From Candidatus Uhrbacteria bacterium (GTDB lineage Bacteria; Patescibacteriota; Patescibacteriia; UBA9934; GWF2-40-263): a DNA stretch of 62,217 nt. A program made the position numbers and the translations under genes. Shown one piece after another: positions 20,127 to 27,901 of the stretch; the first letter of the stretch is position 1; the number at the start of each line of letters is the position of its first letter. The DNA lies in assembly GCA_043808565.1 (NCBI GenBank), contig JAZDEQ010000032.1:1-62217 (forward strand). The letters are read 5' to 3'. Under the pieces are notes generated by a model. It ran no database searches, was not told where the DNA came from, and was given only the letters and a program-made list of their open reading frames with translations.

Positions 20127-20978
20127 TTAAGTCGGATTTAGCACACGCACAGTAGTCCCGGATTTTTCATTTTTATATTTTGTTTCTCCGCCCAAACTTT
20201 CTAGTTTAGCAAGATTTTGTTCGGCAATTATTTCGTAATCTCCAGCGTTAACCATTTGCCACTCACCCTCAGTGTTGCTTTCGGTACGAAGTTGACGACT
20301 TTTTAACTGTTCTTCTTTTTTAGGGTTAAGAAAGACGACTACATCGGCATCTTGGATTAAATCTTGTCTTAATAAGTCGGCGTGGTTAATAATAAAAGGC
20401 GGTTTTTCTTTTTGTAAAATGTAATCAAGCAGTTCTTTTAAGTTAGTAGCTTCTCGTTGTTGTTCTTGACGAAAAATTTGGAACCACTGATCAAGATCAA
20501 TATTTTTGAAATCTATCGCTCGCGAAAGTTCTCGGGCAAAGGTTGTTTTGCCAGACCCAACATTACCCACCACATAGATTTTTTCCGCGCCATTTTGTCT
20601 AATTATAGTAGCGGCCATTTCGACATCGGCCGCTGTAAACATTTCACGACCTTCTTGTTTATAAACATCTTTTTTACCTCGTTGAGTAATTTCCAATACT
20701 GGCATAGCCACAGCGATTACTTTGTCTATAAAGTCAGCTTCATCTTTAAAAGTTAGCGTTGGCAATTGTTTTCTAATTGGATCGGCGACTTCATCAGAAA
20801 CTGTTCGTCTGAATTCCGGAGTTTTCATAGTTTGTAATAAAATTGCGATCGGATTTTCAGTACTTCTAAATAAATCACGCAAACCCTCCTTGATTTGTTC
20901 CATAATTCTTGGTTCTACATTTATTCCGGTTTCAGGTGTAGGAGGATTTTGTGAGAGTGTTTCTCGTCCATTGGTCAT
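20127..20978 (-). CDS. P-loop NTPase / nucleotide-kinase-like protein with a ~130-aa N-terminal domain of unknown function
   Basis: Walker A GNVGSGKTT in the C-terminal half, with adenylate-kinase/topology-modulation-like spacing. I do not recognise the N-terminal half. Confidence 0.6.
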   Translation of the reverse strand: MTNGRETLSQNPPTPETGINVEPRIMEQIKEGLRDLFRSTENPIAILLQTMKTPEFRRTVSDEVADPIRKQLPTLTFKDEADFIDKVIAVAMPVLEITQRGKKDVYKQEGREMFTAADVEMAATIIRQNGAEKIYVVGNVGSGKTTFARELSRAIDFKNIDLDQWFQIFRQEQQREATNLKELLDYILQKEKPPFIINHADLLRQDLIQDADVVVFLNPKKEEQLKSRQLRTESNTEGEWQMVNAGDYEIIAEQNLAKLESLGGETKYKNEKSGTTVRVLNPT

Positions 20979-20982
20979 AATT

Positions 20983-21574
20983 TTAACTTTTTATTTTTTT
21001 AACGTCCTTATTTTTTAGAAAATTATTTTTTGAAACGATTGATCGACCGATTCGTCTTTCGATTTGTTTTCTGGCTGTCCCAGCCACTTCGCCGCCGAGA
21101 CTGGCATCGTCTTTGAGGCGTGGCAAACCTTTTGAATCTTTTGTCCGATGAATTTCAGTTGTTGTTCTTTCACCAAGCATGGTTAAAATTAGTTCAAAAT
21201 CGTCCATGTGATCGCGGAGATTTTCGCGTTTTAAACCCTTGATTTTTTTATATTCGTTTGGTTTAACTCCAAAGGTTGCTTGAGAAATTTCGGCAGTCAA
21301 AATTTCGTAATCTTTCTGTATTTGCACAATCAGTTTCACGCATTTTTTTATCTTCGGCTAGTAATTTCAACTGTTCCCAAAATGGGAACGGTTGACCTAA
21401 AGATTTATCACGTTCTTTCATTTTTGCCCAATAGGTTTTTGGTTGAGGACTATCGGTTAAAACGCTGATAGTATCCAAAATTGAAAACCACCATTCTTTT
21501 TGAAAAATGGTTCGTCTGATTGTTTTGCCTTTAAATAAAGCGAGGTGACTTTCTGGATTTTTTGGGTTTTCCAT
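20983..21574 (-). pseudogene. Split, internally deleted Bro-N / DinD-like (DNA-damage-inducible protein D family) gene
   Basis: The N-terminal ORF (21263-21574) has the Bro-N-like motif FKGKTIRR...EWWFSILDTISVLTDS...YWAKMKER. The C-terminal ORF (20983-21339) has the DinD-like motif ILTAEISQATFGVKPNEYKKIKGLKRENLRDHMDDFELILTMLGE...GGEVAGTARKQIE. The two ORFs overlap by 77 nt in different frames. Confidence 0.5.
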
Positions 21575-21585
21575 AAGTTTGAGTT

Positions 21586-22011
21586 TTATTTAGAAGATAA
21601 AAATATAACTCCAACAACTATTAATACTATAGCAAGATAATGAATTGGATTTAGCGTTTCTTTCAGAACAGATAGACCAAGAATAGCTCCAACTAAAACC
21701 GAACCGCCTATGATTATTGGAATACCTACCGAAGCAGGAACGCCTTTTGAGAAAACAAAAAATGAGGTTATTTCAGCTAGCCCAACAAAAATTCCAGCCG
21801 CGACAGCAAACCATACTCCTTTCGGGGATATTTCTAACGGGCTATTTGTTATCTTTAAAATAACGAGAATTACCCCCCCCACTAAGGCTGCCGTAATTTG
21901 CAGAACGACCGCTCCGACTATTTGATTGATGTGACCTGACGATATTTTTATGAAAACATTATATACTCCATAAAAGACGGCTGTGATTAATGCTAAAAAA
22001 ATCCAATTCAT
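21586..22011 (-). CDS. Small EamA/DMT-superfamily membrane transporter (single EamA domain, ~5 TM)
   Basis: Hydrophobic profile and EamA-like sequence (YGVYNVFIKISS...LKETLNPIHYLAIVLIVVGVIFL). The start was set at MNWIF (22011) rather than the ORF-track 22083. Confidence 0.65.
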   Translation of the reverse strand: MNWIFLALITAVFYGVYNVFIKISSGHINQIVGAVVLQITAALVGGVILVILKITNSPLEISPKGVWFAVAAGIFVGLAEITSFFVFSKGVPASVGIPIIIGGSVLVGAILGLSVLKETLNPIHYLAIVLIVVGVIFLSSK

Positions 22012-22106
22012 ATTTTGTAAAAGCACAAAGTTTAATTTTGACATTTGGTAAGATAATCTTATCAAAAAATATCGAATATTCAAAGGGTTTTAAATAAATT
22101 TTAGCC

Positions 22107-22135
22107 TTCCAATTTTCCTCAATAAATGTTACAAT
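22107..22135 (+). promoter_or_regulatory. Candidate promoter (TTCCAA, 17-nt spacer, TACAAT with TG extension) for the efflux operon
   Basis: TTCCAA at 22107-12 and tgtTACAAT at 22130-35. A GGGAG Shine-Dalgarno sequence lies 5 nt before ATG 22146. Confidence 0.45.
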
Positions 22136-22145
22136 CGGGAGCGTT

Positions 22146-23981
22146 ATGAAATTCAAAAAACCTTTAATAATTGGGGGAATAATTGCGGTTTTAGTCATTG
22201 CCATTGGCGGATATTTTTTGTTTAAAGGGCCGGCTAAAGTGGAAATGGTTACGGCTACGGTTAAGCGCGGAACTTTGATTCAAACCGTTGAAGCCACCGG
22301 TGAATTGGAATCGTTTGATAAAGTTGAGTTGGCTTTTGGCGCGAGTGGGACTGTGGAAAATATTTTGGTTGAAGTTGGTGATGAGGTTAAGGCCGGTGAA
22401 GTTTTAGCCACGCTTGATTTAAATAAAATTTCGGCCAGTGTCGAAAGTGCTCGGCAGGCGGCGGAAATTGCTCGGGCTAATTTAGCCCAAAAAAAAGCCG
22501 GATCAAGCGACGAGACAGTGGCAGTTTATGAAGCTCAAGTTGCTTCGGCTCGGGCAGCTTTAGATGCGGCCGAGGTGGCTCTTGATAACGCCGAAGCCAC
22601 CGGTCAAGCCGCGGTGGCTGAAGCAGAAACGTCATTGGCCAATGCTCAGGAAGATTTAGAAAATACGCAAATTGGAAACGCCGAAGACTTGATTGAAGCT
22701 TATGAAGATTTGGTTCAGGTTTTAAAAAATAACATGATTGTTGTTCGAGGCGCGCTTTCTGATGCCGATGAAGTTTTGGGTATTAATAATTCCATGGCCA
22801 ATGACGATTTTGAAGATGTTTTATCAGCCAATGATTATCAAGCTTTGGTGAGTGCTGAAAGTTCTTATCGAGCCGCGGTGGTTAATCGGGATCGAGCGGA
22901 AAACGCAGTTTTTGTTTTAACTTTGAATTCAGAAATAACTACTATTGAAGCCGCCGTTACTTTGGTCCAAACAGCTTTAGCTGATTCTGCCGATACACTT
23001 TTACACACCCGCCAAGTGCTCGACGCTACTAATGTCAACGACGCAGATTTTTCTTCGAGCGATCTTTCTGTTCTCAAAGCTTCGATCGATACAGCCAGAA
23101 ATAGTATTCAGACCGAAGAAGAAGCTTTAAGTGCTCAACTCCAAACAATTTCGCAATTAGAAATTTCTTCAGCTAGCAGTTTAGACAATGCCGAAAATTT
23201 AGTTGATAAATACGAGAAAGCTTTAACTAGTGCTCGGGTCAATTATGATTCTTCGGTGACGGCGGCTCGAGCAACTGTGGCCACCCGTGAAGCCGGTTTA
23301 GCTGAAGCTGGCGCCAGTTTAGTTCAGGCTAAAGCCGCGCCGCGAGTCGTTGATTTGTCAGCTCTAGAGGCCGCGGTTTCTCAAGCCGAGGCAAATTATG
23401 CCCAGATTCAGGCTGGTTTTGCCGATGCCCAAATTTTGGCGCCAATTGATGGCCGAGTAACCATAGTTGACGTTAAGCGTGGGGAAGAGATTTCTATGAG
23501 CGCACCAGTTATTACTGTTCAAACGGCTTCAACCAAATTCCAAATTGCCGTCGATGTTTCCGAAGCGGATATTTCTAAAATTTCGTTAGACGAAACAACA
23601 AAAATAACTTTTGATGCTTTTGGCGATGATCGCGAATTTACTGGTCGGGTCGGGAAAATTGATCCAGCCGAAAAAAATATTGACGGAGTTATTTATTACA
23701 AGGTTACGGTTTATCTTGACGACGTCACTGAAGCGGTTGATTGGAAACCGGGGATGACCGCTGATGTAACTATTCTTACAGCACAAAAAGAAAATGTTTT
23801 ACTGGTACCACAGCGAGCGGTTTTAGAACGAACTGATAAAACCAAATATGTTCGCTTACCGAACGCCGAAAGTTTTGATGAGCAAACCGTAACGATCGGC
23901 ACCCGCGGTGACGAAGGAATGTTAGAAATTATTTCCGGGCTTGAAGAAAATCAAACGATTATTGTTAGTATTCGGAATTAG
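22146..23981 (+). CDS. HlyD/MacA-family membrane-fusion (adaptor) protein with an unusually long coiled-coil region
   Basis: N-terminal TM segment, a lipoyl-like motif (GDEVKAGEVLATLD), about 300 aa of Ala/Glu/Leu-rich heptad-like sequence, then a beta-barrel C-terminus (ILAPIDGRVT...). Confidence 0.8.
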   Translation: MKFKKPLIIGGIIAVLVIAIGGYFLFKGPAKVEMVTATVKRGTLIQTVEATGELESFDKVELAFGASGTVENILVEVGDEVKAGEVLATLDLNKISASVESARQAAEIARANLAQKKAGSSDETVAVYEAQVASARAALDAAEVALDNAEATGQAAVAEAETSLANAQEDLENTQIGNAEDLIEAYEDLVQVLKNNMIVVRGALSDADEVLGINNSMANDDFEDVLSANDYQALVSAESSYRAAVVNRDRAENAVFVLTLNSEITTIEAAVTLVQTALADSADTLLHTRQVLDATNVNDADFSSSDLSVLKASIDTARNSIQTEEEALSAQLQTISQLEISSASSLDNAENLVDKYEKALTSARVNYDSSVTAARATVATREAGLAEAGASLVQAKAAPRVVDLSALEAAVSQAEANYAQIQAGFADAQILAPIDGRVTIVDVKRGEEISMSAPVITVQTASTKFQIAVDVSEADISKISLDETTKITFDAFGDDREFTGRVGKIDPAEKNIDGVIYYKVTVYLDDVTEAVDWKPGMTADVTILTAQKENVLLVPQRAVLERTDKTKYVRLPNAESFDEQTVTIGTRGDEGMLEIISGLEENQTIIVSIRN

Positions 23982-23991
23982 GCTTTACGTT

Positions 23992-24101
23992 GTTACGAAT
24001 TACGAAAAGTTACGAATATACGAATATTTGTTTTTAGCCAGAGACCAATCGGACATTGTCAATCCGGTTTCGTATTTTCGGCACTTTTCGTAATTCGTAA
24101 C
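23992..24101. repeat. Word-repeat hairpin (ACGAAT words): perfect 19-bp inverted repeat plus an imperfect extension
   Basis: gttacgaattacgaaaagt (23992-24010) is the exact reverse complement of acttttcgtaattcgtaac (24083-24101). It lies between the adaptor stop and the ABC ATPase start. Confidence 0.85.
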
Positions 24102-24115
24102 CCCAGTAAATTATT

Positions 24116-24826
24116 ATGCCGCTTATTGATCTTAAAAATTTAGTAAAAAATTACGAAAACGATGGCGTGGTAACACCGGTACTTTCCGGTGTTACTTTAA
24201 GTATTGAAGAAGGCGAATTTGTTTCGTTTATGGGGCCATCTGGTTCTGGTAAATCTACCCTTATGCACATTTTGGGTTTTCTTGATCACTTAACTGAAGG
24301 TCAATATTTATTTCGCGGGGAAGACGCGTCACGATTGTCAAAAGATGAATTGGCGTATCATCGCCGTAAAGATGTGGGTTTTGTTTTTCAGTCTTTTAAT
24401 TTGTTGGCCAAGTCTTCGGTTTTAGAAAATGTCATGTTGCCGTTAATTTATAGTAGTATTCCAAAAATCGAACGGATTAAAAAAGCCACTAAAGCCTTGG
24501 AAGCCGTTGAACTGGGCCATCGTCTGAATCATCTGTCTAATCAATTATCCGGCGGTGAGCGTCAAAGAGTGGCTATTGCTCGGGCGTTGGTTAATGAACC
24601 AAAAGTAATTTTTGCCGATGAGCCGACCGGTAACCTGGATACTAAATCTGGTGAAGCAGTATTAAAAATTTTTCAAGATCTTAATAAACAAGGACACACG
24701 TTGGTCATGGTCACCCACGAATCCGAAGCCGCCGAACACGCTGATCGAATTATAAAAATTCGTGATGGCCAAGTGGTTTCTGATTCCAAAGATCACGTTA
24801 AGCGAACCGGATCTTTTTATAAATAA
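24116..24826 (+). CDS. ABC transporter ATP-binding protein, MacB/LolD-type
   Basis: Walker A GPSGSGKST, signature LSGGERQR, Walker B IFADEPTGNLD. Confidence 0.92.
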   Translation: MPLIDLKNLVKNYENDGVVTPVLSGVTLSIEEGEFVSFMGPSGSGKSTLMHILGFLDHLTEGQYLFRGEDASRLSKDELAYHRRKDVGFVFQSFNLLAKSSVLENVMLPLIYSSIPKIERIKKATKALEAVELGHRLNHLSNQLSGGERQRVAIARALVNEPKVIFADEPTGNLDTKSGEAVLKIFQDLNKQGHTLVMVTHESEAAEHADRIIKIRDGQVVSDSKDHVKRTGSFYK

Positions 24827-24827
24827 T

Positions 24828-26066
24828 ATGCGCTCTAGAGATCTACTTATCACTTCTTCAGAATCATTACGCCGCAATAAATCGCGGTCGCTTTTAACGA
24901 TTCTGGGTGTGGTGATTGGTATTGCGGCCGTGATTTTAATGTTGGCTATTGGCCAGAGTGCCGAGGGTTATATTTTGAATCAAGTGGCCGATCTTGGTTC
25001 TGATTTAATATTCATTGAACCATCGTCGGGTAACAGTGCCGAGTCTGGTCCGCCAAGTCCATATATTGAGCAAACCTTAACTTTAGACGATGCTAAAGCT
25101 TTAGAAAAAACTGGATATTTTTTAGCGGTTTCGCCAGTTTTGGCCACGTCGACAGCAGTTTCTTACGCCGAAGAAAGTAAATTTTATCAAATTTACGGCG
25201 TTGATGAAAATTATCCCACGATTTTTTCTCAAGAAGTAAAAACCGGTCGTTTTTTTGACCAGAGCGATATTGATGCTTATGCCCGAGTAGCTATTCTTGG
25301 TAAAAGCGTGGCCGAAAATTTATTTGGCGACCAAGATCCGCTAGGTCGAGAAATTAAAATAAAAAAGAATTCTTTTCGCGTCATTGGAGTTTTTGGTGAA
25401 CTTGGCTCGCAATTTTTTCAAAATCTCGATGAACGAATTTCTATTCCCGTGACTACAGCCCAACGGGATATTTTAGGTGTTGATTATGTTTCTTATATTG
25501 TGTCTAGGGCTAAAGACGGTGATACGGTTACGGCTAAAGAAGAGGCCCAGTTTGCTTTGCGAGAATCTCATAAACTCGATAATCCCAACGGCGACGTGAA
25601 TAAAGATGACTTTTTGGTTTCCACTCAAAGTGATGCCGTAGAAATTATTGGTGCGATCGGCGGTGTTTTGTCGTTGCTTTTAGCTTCGATTGCCGCGATT
25701 TCACTGCTGGTTGGTGGCATTGGCATTATGAACATCATGTTAGTTTCGGTCACCGAACGGACTAAAGAAATTGGTTTGCGCAAAGCCGTGGGGGCTACTT
25801 ATCGAGAAATTTTAAACCAATTTTTGGTCGAGGCGGTTATGCTTACGGCTCTGGGTGGATTAGTTGGCATTATTTTAGGCATCATTACTTCGCTGGGTTC
25901 AGCCTGGATCATTGGTCATTTTATTGACGGCTGGGATCCGCATGTTCCGTGGAGGGGTGTGGTTTTGGGTTTTATGGTTTCGACGATTGTCGGTTTGGTT
26001 TTTGGTATTTATCCCGCTCGTCATGCTGCTCGACTTGATCCGATTGAAGCGTTGCGGTATGAGTAA
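24828..26066 (+). CDS. ABC transporter permease, MacB/FtsX family
   Basis: N-terminal TM segment, large extracytoplasmic domain, and C-terminal FtsX-like 3-TM bundle (GGIGIMNIMLVSVTERTKEIGLRKAVGA). The start was set at ATG 24828, right after the upstream stop. Confidence 0.9.
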   Translation: MRSRDLLITSSESLRRNKSRSLLTILGVVIGIAAVILMLAIGQSAEGYILNQVADLGSDLIFIEPSSGNSAESGPPSPYIEQTLTLDDAKALEKTGYFLAVSPVLATSTAVSYAEESKFYQIYGVDENYPTIFSQEVKTGRFFDQSDIDAYARVAILGKSVAENLFGDQDPLGREIKIKKNSFRVIGVFGELGSQFFQNLDERISIPVTTAQRDILGVDYVSYIVSRAKDGDTVTAKEEAQFALRESHKLDNPNGDVNKDDFLVSTQSDAVEIIGAIGGVLSLLLASIAAISLLVGGIGIMNIMLVSVTERTKEIGLRKAVGATYREILNQFLVEAVMLTALGGLVGIILGIITSLGSAWIIGHFIDGWDPHVPWRGVVLGFMVSTIVGLVFGIYPARHAARLDPIEALRYE

Positions 26067-26069
26067 TCA

Positions 26070-26540
26070 GAAATTCCAATATTTAAGCACCAAATTCCAA
26101 AATGGTTGTCAGAATTATTAAAATTTTTTAAGTAAAATATGGCGGAAACAGAAATTATTTATGATTTAGAAGAGAGAACATTAAGATTTGCCAGGATGGT
26201 CAGATCTTTTTTAAGAGAATTAAAATTTTCAACCGCAAATTATGAAGACGGGAAACAGCTAATAAGATCTTCTGGTTCAGTTGGGGCTAATTATATTGAA
26301 GCCAATGAGGCTCTTGGTTTTAAGGACCAGATATTTCGTTTTAAGATTTGTCGGAAAGAAGCCAAAGAAAGTCGGTTTTGGTTAGTTTTAATTGATTGTC
26401 GTAGTGATATTGAACTTGAAAAAAAGAGAAATATTTTGCTTCAAGAAAGTCTGGAGTTAGTAAAGATCTTTTCTTCGATTATTAAAAAAATAGAAAAATA
26501 AAAAACCTTTTTGGAATTTGGAATTTAAAAATTGGAATTT
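26070..26540. repeat. 32-bp imperfect inverted repeat (28/32, CCAAAT/GAAATTCC words) bracketing the four-helix-bundle gene
   Basis: The left arm is within 26070-26103 (aaattccaatatttaagcaccaaattccaaaa) and the right arm is within 26508-26540 (ttttggaatttggaatttaaaaattggaattt). The reverse complement of the right arm matches the left arm at 28 of 32 positions. Confidence 0.8.
26139..26501 (+). CDS. Four-helix-bundle protein (23S rRNA intervening-sequence protein / Avd-like family)
   Basis: Family motifs: LRFA..V......L.......QL.RS..SVGANYIEAN......D...KF.I..KEA.ES..WL. Confidence 0.85.
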   Translation: MAETEIIYDLEERTLRFARMVRSFLRELKFSTANYEDGKQLIRSSGSVGANYIEANEALGFKDQIFRFKICRKEAKESRFWLVLIDCRSDIELEKKRNILLQESLELVKIFSSIIKKIEK

Positions 26541-27860
26541 GTGAAATACCACCTCATCACCTTCGGCTGCCAAATGAATCATTCCGATGCCGAGCGCGTG
26601 GCTACCATCCTCCAGGGGCTGGGTTTTTTGCCAACGGAAAATCGAGCGGCGGCAGATTTCATTTTGATCACCACATGTTCGGTGCGTCAAACCGCCGAAG
26701 ATCGAGTTTATGGTTTGCTTCGCGAGCTGAATAAATTGAAAAAGAAAAACCCGCGTCTCCTTATTGGTGTTACTGGCTGTATGGCTGGGCGGGATACTGA
26801 TGGAAAAATTAAAAGACGTCTCCGAGGGGTGGATTTATTTTTCCCAACCAGTGACATGATTCGTTTACCGGAAATGCTGGCAGAAAAGTGGCTCGATGTT
26901 CAATTTAATTTTTCTTGCGACGATGATTATCTTTTGATTAAGCCGCAGTATCACCTTAAACACAAAGCTTTTGTGACTATCCAAACTGGTTGCAATAAGT
27001 TTTGTTCTTATTGTGTGGTGCCATATGCTCGGGGAAGAGAAAAAAATCGTTTAGCTGCTGACGTCTTAACTGAAATAAAAAGTTTGGCCGCTAATGGTTG
27101 TCTTGAAGTGACTTTGCTTGGCCAAGCAGTAAATACTTATCGGGCGGCTGATCCAGAAAGTTTTTCAGCCGCCAATCCTTACAAAGATCATTTTGCCGCC
27201 CTACTTTGGGAAATTGATAAAATTCTTGGCATCAAAAGAATTCATTACACTGCACCGTACCCTAATCACATGACCGACGAGGTAATTGACGCTTTAACTC
27301 TACCGGCTCAGGTTAATTTTTTGCACCTACCGGTCCAGTCTGGTGACAATGAAATTCTTCGGCGCATGAACCGTCGTTATACGAGCGAAGAGTATCTGGA
27401 GATTGTTAAAAAAATAAAAACTTGTTGTCCAAACATTGCTTTGGGTACAGATATCATCGTGGGTTTTTGCGGTGAGACTGAAGAACAATTTGAGCGAACC
27501 CTCGATTTATATCGTCAGTGTGATTTTGATATCAGCTATCATGCCCAGTATTCTTCGCGGTCCGGAACTCTGGCCGCCAAAGCTTTTAAAGACGATGTAA
27601 CTAAAGAAGAAAAGGAGCGTCGTTGGCGAAAAATTCAAACTTTGATGGAAGAAAGTACTCTGCGAAAAAATCAAAAATTTGCCGGTCAGACTGTTGAGGT
27701 TTTAGTTGATCGTTGTGATGAAAAAGGGAAGTGTTGGGGTAATACACGCGAAATGAAAGTTGCTTGTTTTTCTGGCTCGTCTGACTTGATCGGCACGATT
27801 GTTAAAATGAAAGTTGAGCGACCAGATGTTTGGGCGTTGTTTGGTTCAAAAGCTGAATAA
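26532..27860 (+). CDS. miaB: tRNA methylthiotransferase MiaB (radical SAM + TRAM)
   Basis: N-terminal ITFGCQMN motif, radical-SAM motif CNKFCSYCVVP, and a C-terminal TRAM-like domain. The start is TTG 26532 or GTG 26541, and both lie inside the right arm of the inverted repeat. Confidence 0.9.
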   Translation: MEFVKYHLITFGCQMNHSDAERVATILQGLGFLPTENRAAADFILITTCSVRQTAEDRVYGLLRELNKLKKKNPRLLIGVTGCMAGRDTDGKIKRRLRGVDLFFPTSDMIRLPEMLAEKWLDVQFNFSCDDDYLLIKPQYHLKHKAFVTIQTGCNKFCSYCVVPYARGREKNRLAADVLTEIKSLAANGCLEVTLLGQAVNTYRAADPESFSAANPYKDHFAALLWEIDKILGIKRIHYTAPYPNHMTDEVIDALTLPAQVNFLHLPVQSGDNEILRRMNRRYTSEEYLEIVKKIKTCCPNIALGTDIIVGFCGETEEQFERTLDLYRQCDFDISYHAQYSSRSGTLAAKAFKDDVTKEEKERRWRKIQTLMEESTLRKNQKFAGQTVEVLVDRCDEKGKCWGNTREMKVACFSGSSDLIGTIVKMKVERPDVWALFGSKAE

Positions 27861-27896
27861 AAAAACCGCCGGAATTTTTACGCCGGCGGTTTTTTA
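27861..27896. terminator. Bidirectional rho-independent terminator
   Basis: Hairpin accgccgg/ccggcggt flanked by an A-run and a T-run, between convergent genes. Confidence 0.8.
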
Positions 27897-27901
27897 TTTT
27901 T

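Noticed and set aside
26139-26501. The four-helix-bundle (Avd-like) gene could mark a diversity-generating retroelement.
   Set aside because: No reverse transcriptase ORF and no obvious template/variable repeat pair lies next to it in this window. The flanking inverted repeat points to an IVS-like cassette instead.
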